DNA of 64,000 nucleotides, from NCBI RefSeq assembly GCF_009914755.1, contig NC_060925.1. One strand, 5' to 3'. The translations under genes were made by a program, and so were the position numbers. A model generated the notes under the pieces. The model had not been told where the DNA came from, searched no databases, and was given only the letters and a program-made list of their open reading frames with translations. The DNA is from the human T2T-CHM13v2.0 reference genome, Homo sapiens. Positions 39,096 through 58,014 of this stretch are shown one piece after another (the stretch's first letter is position 1; each line of letters begins with the position of its first letter).

Positions 39096-40667
39096 AGAAT
39101 CACCTTTTCTCCAGGGAAGAATCCCTGTTCTGGGTACCCCCACCACCACATGTACAATTACCCATACACCTGGCAGACATCCTTTATTGTTCTCTTCTCC
39201 AAACTGAAAGTATTGCCAAGTCCTGTTACTTTAGCCCTTGACTCCATGCCCTCTTCTCCAGCCCTACGACACTGTCTTATTCAGACCCTCACACTTCATC
39301 ATCTGAAGCCTGACTTGTTTGCCCACCTCCTCACTGGCTTTCTGCCTCCACCCTCTGCCTTTCCAGACCAATGGTTTCCAGACCATTCTCTGCATTGCAC
39401 AAATCCTATCAAATCATTCCTCTACTTAACTCTCTGTTGGTACCCCTCGCACCGTGGATGCAGGACCGCTGGGACCCAGCCCCACCCCACCTTTCCAGCT
39501 CCATCTCACTTCTCTCCCACTCGCACCCATGAGCCAGCCACCCTGAGCTACCTGCAGTTCCCCACCAGTGCTGTGCCTTCTCTCATCACTTACGTTCACA
39601 CACGCTGCACTCTGTGCCTGGGAAGCCCCTCCTCACCTAGCCCACTGGCTGCACTTCCAGCAGCTCTTCCAGACTGAGTTCAAGCATCACTTCTCTGGGA
39701 AGCCTTTCTTAACGCTTTCCAAGATAGAGGACTCTTGTCTTGGTGTCAATCCTGTGATTATGGCACTTGTAATACTGTATTGTATTAAGTGTTGTTTTTC
39801 CATTTCTGGGCCTCCCACTGCCAGCCAAGAGCACTCTGAGGGCAGGAACTGTCTGCTCACCTTGATAGGACCTTCACTTAGCACGGGGGCTGGCCCGAAG
39901 CACTGGCATCAGGATCCAGTGAATCCTTGCAGCTCTCAATTTGCTCAAATGGCTGAGCTCCTTCACCGCCAGGTGGGTGTAGGAGACGGTGGAGCCATTC
40001 TTGGCAGCCTTCCTGATCTCAGAGAAGCAAAGAGCTTGTAGTAGACTCCTATTACTGTTTTTTTTTTTCCTGCCTAGTATCTTTTTCTCTCTACAAGTGC
40101 TCCTTCCTAATCTCTGGGGCTGTCAACCACAAGGCCCCACCTGTATCACAGAGGAGGGTGAGAGACTCAATCAGAGCAACCGGAGTGGCCCTACCCCGCC
40201 CCAGGGGACTGGTTCAGGGATGGGCAAGGCCCATTCAGGGCCCTTCTGGGGGATGGATATGGTTGTGCTGGACATGATTGTGGAGGATATGCTCATTTGT
40301 TTGTTTTTAGGGTGATATGAACCTCAGGCTGCTGGTGGCCATCTATGAGAGGTATGTATCAGAGTGGATCTGAATTCTAACTCCATCACTTTTGGCTGGG
40401 TGACCTTGGACAAACTGCTTAACAGTTTACAGTTTTCTGCTGCATTTACTGTTATATCACCTGCAAAGTGGGAATGATGAGGTATCCATCTCATGTTGTG
40501 GGAACAATTGAGTTAATATACATGAAGTGCTTAGAGCAGTGCCTGGCACAAAGAGAGTGGCCAATAAATATTTGTTGGTTTGATTATATCAATATGTGGG
40601 GAGATCTCATCTAAGAACAAGTGAGAGACACAACTCTGATAGTACTGGGGTTCCTGGATCTAGCTGA

Positions 40668-42564
<1,897 letters not shown>

Positions 42565-42661
42565 TTACCCAGGTACACTCGGCCAATCAGTGGATGCCGA
42601 CAGAGTGGGTGAAATAGGATCTGGAAGAACGAATAGGCAGCTGACACCTGGAGAAACTCAC

Positions 42662-42793
42662 CTAAACCAGCATTTGCTGGAATCACCCAGTCTCCTGGCT
42701 TCAGCCCGGTCACATTGCTGCCCACCGCTACCACCTGTGCAACACCTTCGTTCCCTCCAACAGCAGGCAGTTCAGGAAGGAATCCGTAGTTTC
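42662..42793 (-). CDS. MECR: MECR exon 3 ([44 protein letters not shown])
   Basis: Acceptor cctcag|G, donor AG|GTGAGT; 132 nt; MDR GxEG...VG..V...KPGD motif; Tyr94. Confidence 0.97.
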
Positions 42794-43218
42794 CTGAGGG
42801 AGAAGAGCATTAAAGGGTCAACCAGTGATGTTTGGGCAGTGAAAGAGCATGGACTTGAGTCCACGCCATCCTAGGCCTGATCTGGGCTCTGCTTTGGACT
42901 GTCTGCCTAACCAACCTCTGAGCCTTAGCTTGCTTGTCTGTATAGGGGGACAATATTCTTTAGTGTTCATGGTTATCATGAAAATCAGGTAACATATGAA
43001 ATGAAACCAGCATGTCGCAGGCACTTCACAATGCTTAGTTTACTCCCCACTGCAATCTTCTCAAAAAGCCACACATTCCAGAAAAGGGAGGCCAGACAGG
43101 GCTGACACAGCCTGCAGACGGCTCATCTGGAGAACAGCTGCTGCTAATCACAGGCATTTCACACCCACACCTGAGGAGGAATGAAAATGAGGTGGCAGCT
43201 GAACAAAAAAGCCAATTA

Positions 43219-43368
<150 letters not shown>

Positions 43369-43508
43369 TCATGTCATCCAGGCTAGAATGGGTGTTTCGC
43401 TCAAATCATCTCCTCAAAGTAGGTCAGGCAACATTTCTGAGCTGCCATGTGTGCCCAGGAATTACGGTTCTGTTATAAAAGAGAGGTACCATAAGAAATC
43501 AACACAGG

Positions 43509-44170
43509 AGGCTGGGCGTGGTGGCTCACGCCTGTAATCCCAGCACTTTGGAAGGCCGAGACAGGCGGATAACCTGAGGTCAGGAGTTCAAGACCAGCCT
43601 GGCCAACATGGTGAAAACCTGTCTCTACTAAAATACAAAAATTAGCTGGGCGTGGTGGTCGGCGCCTGTAATCCCAGCTACTCGGGTGGCTGAGGCAGAA
43701 GAATTGCTTCAACGTGGGAGGCAGAGGTTGTAGTGAGCTGAGATTGTGCCATCCAGCCTGGGTGACAAAGCAAGACTTTGTCTCAAAAAAAAAAAAAAAA
43801 AAAAAAAAAAGAAATCAACATAGGATAGAGGTTGACTCTCATTAACTGCAAGTGGAAAACCCACAGTGTTTTTTTTTTTTTTTTTAGACAGAGTCTCACT
43901 GTGTCACCCAGGCTGGAGTGCAGTGACACAATCTCGGCTCACTAAAAGCTCCGCCTCCCAGGTTCAAGCGATTCTCCTGCCTCAGCCTCCCAAGTAGCTG
44001 GGACTAGAGGTGCCTGCCACCACGCCCGGCTAATTTTATTTATTTATTTTTTTAGTAGAGATGGGGTTTCACTATGTTGGCCAGGCTGGTCTTGAACTCC
44101 TGACCTCGTGATCTGCCTGCCTCGGCCTCCTAAAGTGCTGGGATTACAGGTGTGAGCCACTGTGCCCGGT
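43509..44170. mobile_element. Tail-to-tail inverted Alu pair (43509-43810 +, ~43868-44170 -)
   Basis: Poly-A and poly-T tails ~57 nt apart; first Alu has TSD aagaaatcaaca. Confidence 0.92.
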
Positions 44171-46755
44171 CTTTCAACCCCACTGCCCACTCTGGGACAG
44201 GAAACCTCTGCTGGCCTAGATGAGCCCTGTGTTTTCCAAAACTCGCTTAGTTATAAGAATTACCTGGTATGCTCATGGATATAAATTATCAGGCCCACCT
44301 CTGATCTACTAAGCCAGAATCTCCAGATGAGGGCACCCCAAGTAGTTCTTACCAACCGGGGTATCTTGGAAATCCCAGGCTAGCTGACATGTCCTCCACA
44401 TGTTTGATTTTATTCTTGGTCCTAACATATACAGGGGAGAGGAGATATTTCTGTTAGTTGCAGAGTGTGGGCGTAATGGGGAGATGGCCTATGTAGTTCA
44501 CAAAGAACTCCCTGGATGGCTGTGATTCACTCTGAGTGATGTCCCTTCTGGAGGAGGATTCTTGTCTGGCAGAAAAGACCCTGGGTGGAGGGCTGAAGGT
44601 CCTGGGTATAAAGCTCCACTGCAGGATGCCTGGGTCACCATGGGCAAGTTTCTTCTCTGCTCTAGGCTTCTGTTTCTCCATTTGTAAAACAGAGTTGCAG
44701 TGGTGGTTTGGACCTGATCCCCTCTGGAAGCCTCTTCCATGTTAAGTGGTAAGTCCCTCTGCTCATGGTGGGTCTTGGACACCATGGTGGCAACATCTTT
44801 ATCCCAGTGAAACTTTGCTTAATGGGCAAAACCTGCAAGAAGGCTTTTGAGGGAGGCCAAGTGGCAATGTGCATGTGTTACTTTTGTTATTTCAAAAAAG
44901 CTTTTTAAAAAAGGAGCTCTGCCAACCAGATACTACTGGTCAGTGTACTGGACCCATGGGGCCTGTGACTTTTTAATCACCAGTGACTGCTTTCTTTCTT
45001 TCTCCACACCCCTTAGATTTCATGTTTGCAATGCTTCCCTCTGCCCAAATGCATTTATTAAGTAGTAATTCATTTTTACTTACCCAAGACACATATAACT
45101 GCCAACAAGGTTTTTAGCATTAGGCAACAGTATCACCCAACTAAGCTGATGTAATTCCACCTACTTCCTGCAGAAATCTGACCTTTTAATTATACTGGAG
45201 GCTTGATCTTGTGGTAAAAGTGTGATTTTGAAGAAATGTTTTATAATAGCTGGGCACGGTGGCTCACGCCTGTAATCCCAGCACTTTGGGAGGCTGAGGT
45301 GGATGGATCACGAGGTCAGGAGGTCGAGACCAGCCTGGTCAACCTAGTGAAACCCCATCTCTTCTAAAAATACAAAAATTAGCCAGGTGTGGTGGTGTGT
45401 GCCTGTAGTCCCAGCTACTTAATTAAGGAATGTATGTATTTACACATAGCTGGAGGACGGGGAGCCCTTGTAATAGTAATAACTACTGTTTATTCAGTGC
45501 TTACCAGTCAGGCACACTGCTAAGTGCTTTACCTGCCAGCCTTCCTATTACAATAGCTCTCATACTATTGTTCTGCTTTTACAGCTGAGGAACAAAGGCT
45601 CTAAGAGGTAAACAACTTGCTTATGGCCACTACAAAGTAGCAAGTGGCTGACCTGATTTGAACCTGGCAGTGTGATCTAGAGAAGCCAGCAGGTAAGGGG
45701 CTGACCCCACACCAAGCAGAGGGCAGTGAAATGAGCACAGGCTGGACCGGCTGCCGTTGCCTTATGGGGAGATGGAGGGAGCGCTAACAGGTGGGCACTA
45801 AGCAAGGAGGCATCAGCCCAGATAGTGATGTTTCACTCTCAATGTGTGTATTAAGTCTGCATTCAAAAGAAAAATCCTGCCCAGAGCAAATGGATTTCGG
45901 ACTAGCTGCCCCTTTGTATTATCCACAGTGCTTCTCTCCTGTATTTTCACAGATCATCAGAGTTTTTCTGTAAGCTGACAAAATTCATGTGCTCAAGCTG
46001 TTTAAAGACATTTTTTCTGCACATTTTCTATACGTTCTTCCTATAGCCCAGAATGTTTTCTTCCACAGCTTCTCTATGAAGTGAGGAATTCAACTCACCC
46101 TTCAAGGCCCAGTTCAAAGTTTACTTCCCTTAAGATATCTTTTGACCCTCTTCCTAGTCCAGAAAAAAAAAAAATCACTTGCTCAGTATTCCCATTGTAC
46201 AGAATTATACATCATGCTATTTAAGACTATCTCATATGAGTTTACTAATGTTTAGTTTGTGAAGCCATTTCATACATTTTTTGTCAATTGATCAGGACAA
46301 GACATAGGTTCACAATCCCTTTTCCAAAACTCTTGGGGCCATGTATTATCTACATACCCAATGGGGGCTGTTGTAGCACCCTGTGATCAGATACATGAAT
46401 GTTTCTGCAGCAAAATGTAGGAATACTCAGGCTAAGTGGGATGAATAAAGACCACATAAAAACCTCGTTAGATCGTTTCCTTCAAATGAGTTATAGAAAA
46501 AACCTGTCAGTTTCCAGCGCTTTCAGGATTTTGGAACTGCAGATACAAATTTAAACTTGGATTCAGGTCTTTCAGACTCTGAGTTCAGAGCTCTTTTTAC
46601 TTATCACCTAGTTTTGCAGTCAGAATATGTGTATATGTGCTATCTCCTTGTTAGACTGTGAGCTCCCAGAGGGCAGAGAAGTTTTAGTCTTAACTCACTG
46701 TTGAGCAAATGTCTGGGATCGAACTTTTCTCACTAGTGAGAAAATGTGGCATAAC

Positions 46756-47081
<326 letters not shown>

Positions 47082-47329
47082 TTAGGAAATCAGGCGCAGG
47101 GCCCAAACCAAAGGGACTTAGCTATTTGAACTTGCTCTTCCTCGTTTTAGGCTGTTTAGGAAAATACTCCTGCAAGATGGGCTCAAATAAAGATGGAGAT
47201 TATCCTTAAGAGCATTCAGTCTAGGCATACACATCTCACGTGCAGTGACACTGCACTTCTTAAAAATCTAGATGACCGTGGTCAAGATGAGAATACAGGT
47301 AGATCTCAGTTCATAGATGATGGGTAGAG

Positions 47330-47787
<458 letters not shown>

Positions 47788-48531
47788 TCAAGGCTATTGT
47801 GTACCATCATCACACCTGTGAATGACCACTGCACTCTAGCCTGGGCAACAGGAGACCCTGTCTCAGGGGAAAAAAAAAAAATCCCCTTCTCAGGGCCTTG
47901 ATGGACTGGGAACCCATCCGTGGAAACACTGGGAGAAGGGCTATAATAGAGGGAGGCTTGTGGTGCTGAGGTTGGCTGACAGTGTCTAGCCTGGTGGGAG
48001 GAAGGAAACAGAAGATTAGAAAAGGGTCTTTGGAAGAAAGGATACCATAGTTTGAAGGATAAATAGGCATTTACAGGGCGGATGGAGAAAAGACAAAAGG
48101 TTTTCCTGCCAGAGGGAATGACAAAGAATCTGACCCAGGAGTAGACCAGGCAACAGGTGTAATCTGCATAAGAGCCAGGAGAATGGAGAGGATTCAATAA
48201 TGTAAAATCTCTTAAATAAGCGACACTAATGTCACTTGGTGATCAGTTCCATGTGGCGGGAGGGAAGAGAAGTCTTTGATGGCTCCCAGGCCTTTGGCTT
48301 GGACAACTGAATGCTGAGCTAGGGAGGAAGGAAGAGTAGATTTGGAGAGGGGACACAGGTGACCTGCAGTATGGATACAGAGCAGAGAGTGCTCAGGGCT
48401 AGACATACAGAACTGTGAGTTGGCTGGGTGGGTGGAGTCTAGGAGAGTCGAAAAACTTATTCTGGGTGATTTCACTGAACAATGAAATGACAACTTATGT
48501 CGATGGCTTACTGAGCTCCAAGTATGCTTAA

Positions 48532-49065
<534 letters not shown>

Positions 49066-50204
49066 CTGCGATCCAATTTGTTTGGGAAATGCTGCCTACT
49101 AAGCCCCTTTTCTAAGATTCTGACTACACGTTAGTCATAAAGGCTCTGAGAAGTCCCGGAATAAAGAAACCCATGTGGCCTGTGTCATCCAGAGCTTTCC
49201 AGATTTAATGTGGGCTGGGAACATTACAGTATTTTCACAGCACAGCCTGCCCCAAACAGCAGTTTGAGAAACGATGCTCTGGGCCCCTCGTTCTCTTCTT
49301 TGTCTTCTGGGAAGCCCAGCAGCTCTGCCATTTGAGATTCACTGAAGTGGGAGAGAAGGAGAGTGAAGAGGGCCAAGCAGGGGTGAGGGTTTAGGAGATG
49401 GGAAGTTAAGTTGAAGCTGCAAACACAGGTGGATGGTGTCGGGGGCTGGCCCCACATTTGCTGCAAGCCTGGGGGTGGGGGGGTCCAGCTGCCTCTCACC
49501 AGGGAGGCCAGCCTTGGCCTGCCCCAGGGAATGCCATCAATACCACAGACACTGCTGTTCCTGCAGACAGTGCTAACCATGTTGTCAAGGATACCATTCT
49601 GCTGAGACAGGAGGGAAAACAGGGACCAAGTCTGAATTCCAAGAGTTAAACCTCTAGTGTAATGATAGCAATTTCTTCCCTGTTCTTTAAAAAAACAAAC
49701 AAACAAAACTCACCAAAGGAAACAGTGGCTATGTTTTGGAGTACAAATGAGGCACCCAACCCAGCCTGGCTAGATCTCAAATTGCTTCCCCCATACCGTT
49801 CACGTCCTCCGTGAATGTAATGGCGCCATGCAACTCGAGGGGATGCCACTGTCCTCAATCAACAGATCCCAGCCTGGATAAGGTCACAATGGCTCCTTTG
49901 AGGCCAAGGCTGTACACCTGTGATGCCATATGAAGTACAAGGGAGACAAAAGCAGGCAGAAGAAAGAGCCTTTTGAGAGGGGGGAAAAGAGGCCAGTACC
50001 CTGGGGACTGGCACAGTTATACTTGCTGTGTAAGGTGGGCATTAGCTAGCTCTGCTGAGATATCTTTCCTGCGTTCCACATTTAATTAGCAATCATTTGT
50101 ACTTATCTTTCATCTTTTACTCAATCACATCAAACGGTCAATATCATTTTGAGCAGGAAGAAGAGGTAGGGAGAAATTGTCACTGGCCAGAGACTTTCTC
50201 GTCT

Positions 50205-50292
50205 ACTTAGTACAGAACCAAGAATGTTTGTGTCATCACAGGGCACCGACTTAGTACAGAATCAAGAACGTTTGTGTCATCACAGGGCACCG
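50205..50292. repeat. 44-bp tandem duplication (2 copies, 2 mismatches)
   Basis: acttagtacagaaYcaagaaYgtttgtgtcatcacagggcaccg at 50205-50248 and 50249-50292. Confidence 0.95.
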
Positions 50293-52529
50293 GGTGAATG
50301 TAACTGACCCTCCTGTGGTCCTCCCCAGTCTGTCTGTGGTCCCCTGGTCACCAAACTGCCTTCTGTGATTCAGTGAAATGCCTGGTGTGCTAGGTACATT
50401 GTTCTGGGATTTGACTAATAATTAATAAGCAGGGCACAACTAGGCAATTGTGAAGGAATGAAGTTCCTCAGCTCGCAGCTTGTAAGGGCCTGGCTCCCAG
50501 GGAACTAAGGGAGTCCTGGGCTCTCGGGGAGAGCTCCTTTGCCTGAGCAAAGCTCCTTTGTTCCAGGTGGTTTGGTGTGCTGGACACAGCCACACCCTCC
50601 CTGCACCTCTTACGGCTTCCAGGACTCCCACCATTCAGGACTCATTTTTTGGCTCTTTAGCACAATTGTTTTGAACTGAAGGAATCAGAGACTTAGGGCA
50701 ACTTCTGGAAGTTTCTACCCAGTTGGCAAAGAAACCTTCTCAATCCCCTACTTACCCTAAACTAAGAGGACCAGAAAGTCTGCAGGCCCCATGATATGCT
50801 ACATCTGCTGACACCAGGGAAACTCCACTACAAGGGAGTTGCAGTCTGTCACTCAACTTGCTGAGGACCAACTCTTGGGGGCACAGTCCCTACCTGCAAG
50901 CTGCTTGGATCTCTTTGACAGGTAAAAACACAACCATGCAGCTCCTGTCTGGCTGGAGGCTGGGAGGGCTATTGATTGTGTAATGAACCAAGGGCCAAGA
51001 GGGGGTCCTTGGTAACATCTTGTGCCCAGGATCCCAGATTTCAAACAAAATCATTGCTCCCTGGAGGCTGCTGGAACAACCATTGGTGAGCAGGCAGTCA
51101 ATGCCTGTGTTACTTTCCTAGAATTGTCACAGCCGGACAATTGTTGGAGCAAAGAGGATTCACGTCTCATGATAATTTCCATGGCTGCAGTGTTATGCTG
51201 AGAAGGATGTTGAGGGCCCGTCTTGTCTTGGCAGGAAGAGCGTTGTCTGGGGAGAATGTGATAAAGAGGTGTGTAGGTTTTGAGGTCTACAGAAAGGGAC
51301 TGTGAAGGTCTGCATGGGGACAGCACACATACCCATATTTACCACTGCTGACCTTGGTCACTCTCTTCATTTTATCAAGGAGTAACTGAAGATAATTGGA
51401 GACTAACGTGATTTCCTCACTGCCATAATTAGTGGCAGAGGTGGGACTGGAACACAGGCAAGAAACATCCCAAGTCACAGGTTCACCTTGTGTCATCTTT
51501 GCTTTTCCTTCTCTAAAATGAGGACCCCTCCCACCTCACCCAGGGTGGGAAAGGCCAGTTCATCCCAGAGAGCTGCTAGGAGAGGGCAAGAGACAACTTG
51601 GAGTGGCTCCGAGGGGCAGCTTTCCTCCCGGACTCTCTGGACGGAGGGAAAACCCCAGTCTTTTGTGTGATTCCTAGGGGGTGTGCCTGCAGCTTTCACC
51701 TTCAGAGGCAACAGTGAGAAAACCAGGGTAGCAGGGCTTGGCCCTAAACTCCACAGCCTAGTCTAAAGGCCAGATGGAAGGTAATGTATGAGTTATAGGA
51801 TGTGGAATCCGCTTAAGCTTGAGCCCTGTGATCTAAGGGTAGTCCCCTCTGAGCTGGTTTCAGCAGACACCTTTCTCACAGGATTACATGAGTGCACAGT
51901 AGGCAGTCAACAAATACGGACTGATCACACACACCATGTTTTCTCTTCCCTCGGGGTCTCTGCACATGCAGGTTCCTCTGCTTGGGACATTTCCCCACTT
52001 TCTCTCCTCATACACTGCTCACCGGATCTCTGGAGCACTCAGTTTACACCCTGTCTCTTCAGAGAACACTCTGACTAACCCGAGGGGGTTAGGTAACCCC
52101 CTTCTGGGTGTCCACAGGACTCTGAACATATCCCATCACAGCATTTACCCCACTGGACTATGGCGGCCTTTCTCCTGGATTAGGCTGTGAGGCTCTGAGG
52201 GCAACGACCACAACAGATTCAACTCTGTACCCTCAGTGCCTTGCACTCAGTAAACTCTCAAAGAATACATGCTGGCCAACTTACTATATCAATGCCTTCT
52301 GTTCCCACTCCATTCATGACCACAATAAAGAGCTCTAAACAGAGCACCAAACCCAAAATGCTATTTTTTCCCCAAAGTACTAAAATGTGGGTTTAAAAAT
52401 CAAGTCACCTGCAGTTTTGCTTTATATTAACTGTAAAAAGAAGAAATTCCTGAGAGTAAACAGTGCCCTATAGTGAGAATGGACAGACTGGGGCCCCACT
52501 ACCTGCTCCTCCAAAGTCCATCTGGCTTA

Positions 52530-52865
<336 letters not shown>

Positions 52866-53591
52866 TATGTCCACGGGTTTCCAGCTCCAGCTTAGTTTCA
52901 TTGTTGTACTAGCAGCAGGCAGGTGAGAAAGCCAAGATGATCAGGATGCTGTTTTACAAAAGCCTCGGGATCCTGAAAAGGGGAGGAGACAGAGAATGGT
53001 ATTTCTAAACTTTCCCAGGATTGGGGCTGCCCTTTCTACAGCGTAGAAATTTGGGGTTACCTGAATGACCTACAATTTCACCTTCTCTTCTGACCTTTTT
53101 CCCAATTTTATAGTCCATCTCATTCTCAAAAATCATTTGAGACTTTGGGAGGTTGAGGCAGAAGGATCGCTTGAGCTGAGGTGTTTGAGATCATCTTGGG
53201 CAACATGGTGAAACCCCATCTATATTTTTTATTTAAAATATTTAAAAAAGTTTATTTGAAGAAATCATTTGAGGTGACTGCTGTTGTTTCCTCAGGCCTA
53301 TGTCTATATCAAGGACTTTTAATAAAGAAGGGGCATCCTAGCTGTAAGATCTCGGATAAGTGCCTTTCAATCTACTTGAGCTTCAATTTCCTTATCTGTA
53401 AAGTGGAAGTAATAATAACCAAACTGGAGTGTTTTGATTTTAAAACCCCGTAATATACAGGGAGCATTTAGTCCAATGCTTGCTATACAGCAGGTATACA
53501 ATAAATGAAAGCTGTTTTCACCAGAAGATCCAGAGAATGGCAAAGTTCTGAGCGGACTTTCAGGAAAAAAAGAAGGCAAGAGAAGAACTAA

Positions 53592-53941
<350 letters not shown>

Positions 53942-54603
53942 GATAGGGAATCTAGAACTCTGCACAAGGGACAGTGGCTATGGAGAACTCTGAAATTTCT
54001 CAAATGTTTGTCATTCTTCTGCACAGTCTTACTTTACTTAGATCTACAGTTTAATCTTTTAAATAAAAAAGGCCCAAATACTTATTTAGGGAATCCCATT
54101 TTGGAAGAAAGGGAAAGAAACTAAGCAACAGGGGAAAATGGCTTAGGAGAGAACAGCTGCAATGTTTGGAGGCCAACAGGAATGAAAACAGGGACGTGAG
54201 AACAGGAGAAACCTGGAGGCCTCCTTTTGAGGATTCAGACCTGAGAAGGCTGTTCCTCATTCCTTCCCTCCTGCTTGCAGAGGTGTGGCCCACAGCGCAA
54301 GCATCACAAACCACACTAGTTCTGACAATGCTCTGTTCAGACTCTAGGTAGTCCCATGACCCCTACCTGGTGTAACCTGACCCAGACAGCCAGTTACCAG
54401 GATGTGTAAAGGACACCTGATTCTTTCTGTGACAGTGTGGTTACCCTAAACCTTGTAAGACATGACTACAAAGAGAATCCCAGTCTCTGGCTTCAGTCCA
54501 TACGAGAACAAGTAAAGCCGCCTGAATCTGGGTCAGAAAGTAAAGTTGCCCTTCTGGAGCACGGAGAGAATTACTGCTTGTCTGACAATCTGTATCCACA
54601 AGG

Positions 54604-54990
54604 CAGTGGTTCTCAAGCCTGGCCTGGGCAGCAGAGTCACCTGGAGAGCTTTGAAAAAAACAGAAGCTCCAAGCCATCCTAGACCTACTAAGTACCTCAG
54701 GAGTGGGGCCTAGGAATACATACGGTAGTTTCTAAAAGCACTACAGGTCAAGCTGGGTGTGGTGGTACACACCTGCAATCCCTGCTACTCAGGAGGCTGA
54801 GGTGGGAGGATCCCTTGAGCCCAGGAGTTCAAGACCAGCCTGGGCAACATGGCATGATCTCATCTCAAAATAAATAAATAAATAAATAAATATATATATA
54901 AAATAAAAGCTGTCTGATATTTTATGTGGGCAAATACAAAAAATAAAAGCACTACAAATGGTGACTGTGCTGTGAAGCCAAAGTTGAATA
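54604..54990. mobile_element. MER5-type hAT MITE interrupted by an Alu monomer
   Basis: cagtggttctcaa…gagtcacctggagagcttt…; aaaagcactaca duplicated around the insert. Confidence 0.65.
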
Positions 54991-55862
54991 TAATGCTTTG
55001 TGGAAGTATCTTTTTTTTTTTTTTTTTGAGAGGAAGTCTTGCTCTGTTACCCAGGCTAAAGTTCAATGGCGCGATCTCGGCTCACTGCAACCTCTGCCTC
55101 CCAGTTCAGGCAATTCTCCTGCCTCAGCCTCCCGAGTAGCTGGAACTACAGGCTTGCACCCCCATGCCCAGCTAATTTTTGTATTTTTAGTAGAGACAGG
55201 GTTTCGCCATGATCTGCCCATGTTAGCCTCCCAAAGTGCAGGGATTACAGGCATGAGCCATCGCGCCCGGTTGGAAGTATCATGTTTTGAACTAGAGGGA
55301 AATTACTGAAGTTCCACAGAAGGACATAATAGAAGCTTTTTTTTTTCCTAAGTGGCATCTGCAAACAGACCGGTCTGTTCCAGCTTCTCTGGCTCTCCAA
55401 GAGGAGGGAATCAATTAGGAGGCAACTGCATTCAGCTGAACTTTCCCAGGCCTTCCTCATCACCACAGCAGAACTTAATAAAAGGTTCACTTTTTTTGGA
55501 AATTTAGATTTAGATTGAACTAACATTTTAGGAGCACCTGTTTTGTGGCAGGTCCTGCTGCAGACACAAACTACAAGTCCGTGGGAGAGACACTACATGG
55601 TTCTCATTTGGGGTACATTCCTGGAAATGGAGGAGTGTTCATCAGAGCTGTACCAGTTCCTTACAACGCAGTCCTTAGTGAGATGTCTTCCCTGACACAA
55701 TGCTTTATTACCTACGATCAACATACAATTTGGAGTTTACTGACTGATGTGTCTTCTTGACATTCTTTTCGTTTCTATAATGCGGGATGTGGCTAGGCTG
55801 ATTGGATGACCTTGAATTTATCTGAGGCTTATCCTCACCACCTGTCAAAACATCTAGCTTGA

Positions 55863-56141
<279 letters not shown>

Positions 56142-56959
56142 TGAGCCACCGTGCCCAGCTCTAGCCTGAATTTTAACCATTAAAGTAATACCACATTTGC
56201 CCATCCTTTGGAAAATAATCAAACTATTTGCTGGGAATCAAAGAGTTAAAAAGAAGGTACTGCACAAGAGTATGCAGGTGTTTTTTGGTGGAGAGCACTA
56301 CATAGATCTTAGGTGATTACCACTATGAACTTTGTCTGTACTGTCTCCATTTTTTAAGATGATGAAACCGAGGCTCAGAGAACCTCAGTAACTTGCCAAA
56401 TGCAAAGCTAGGACAAGGATTTGACCCCAAGTATTTTGATTCCCAGACCTGTGCTTTTGCTTTAGCTCCACTTCAGTGGCCCCAATAGCCCTTCTGAATG
56501 GCTATTTATGTGCAGATTTACAATGGTTGGCAACTGACATACTATTTTTATCAACCACGTGCAAAAAGCATGAATTAAGATCCAACAGAATTTTAGGAGG
56601 AGGACAAAGTCATAAAAGTAACGAGAAGTTGAATGACTTCTCTAAGACCAAACAGCTACTAAGACGTTGAGCCTGTATTTGACCAAATATAGATACTTGG
56701 GTCTGTATGGCACCAAAGCAGCTCTTTTTAACCAAGCCAAGATGCATATACGGTGCAGTGGAGAGAAACATGAGTTTGGAATCAGAAGCCATGGATTCCA
56801 GTCTCCTGTTCCAATCACTTATTAGCGGTATCACTCTGGGCAAGTCCCTTGCCCTCTGGAAACAATGATCTATGACCTACTCTTTACTGACACATGAAGA
56901 TCCAAATGGATGTAAAAGTATTCTGAAAACTTCTTCCAAATAATAATAATAATAGTAAG

Positions 56960-57185
56960 AACTCACGCAGGTCAGTCAGACATAGGTTGGAATTCTGACC
57001 CTGTCACTTACTGGCTGTGTGACCTTGGACGAGTGATTTTACCTCTTCTGCCTCAGTTTTCATCTGCAAAATGGGGATAAATCAATAACTACCCCAAAAC
57101 ATTGTTGTGACAATTAAATGAGAGCATCCATTTAAACAAGGGATTGCCTGACACAATATTCGATCAATAAACATCAGCCATTAAT
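56960..57185 (+). mobile_element. MIR element just inside MECR intron 1
   Basis: cacttactggctgtgtgaccttggacgagtgatttt…ctcagttttcatctgcaaaatgggg…. Confidence 0.8.
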
Positions 57186-57386
57186 ACCCTGATAATTGCC
57201 TCTCGGGTCTTCAGCTACCTTCAAGTACGGTCTTTCTGACCTACCAAAAACGCCCTGGGCTTCGGCTTCGGTTTGCTATTCTCTGCCCCCTTCCTCGGAC
57301 CCTGTCCCTCTCTTCCCAGTCCGCAGCTCGTGTTAAAGCCTTCCAGAAACCCCAGTCCCCTTCCCCGGCTTCGGCGCCGTCTCTTA

Positions 57387-57806
<420 letters not shown>

Positions 57807-58014
57807 CTAGTCCAAAGTCGTGTCTACAGCCTGCAGTTTGGTGTTTGATTTGGAGGAAATATTTACTCTCCCTGGCCTCAGTTTACCCTTCACATAATAT
57901 ATTGAGTGCTCACCGAGCCAGGCTCTTTAAGGTATTATCTCATTTAATCACCACTACCATGTAACGGCATAGGGAGGCAAAGCTTACTTCCCTACACTGA
58001 GGAGAGTACACGAA

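Noticed and set aside
39150-40041. 175-aa and 157-aa plus-strand ORFs in MECR intron 3
   Set aside because: Lie in decayed L2-like pyrimidine-rich sequence; no recognisable protein features.
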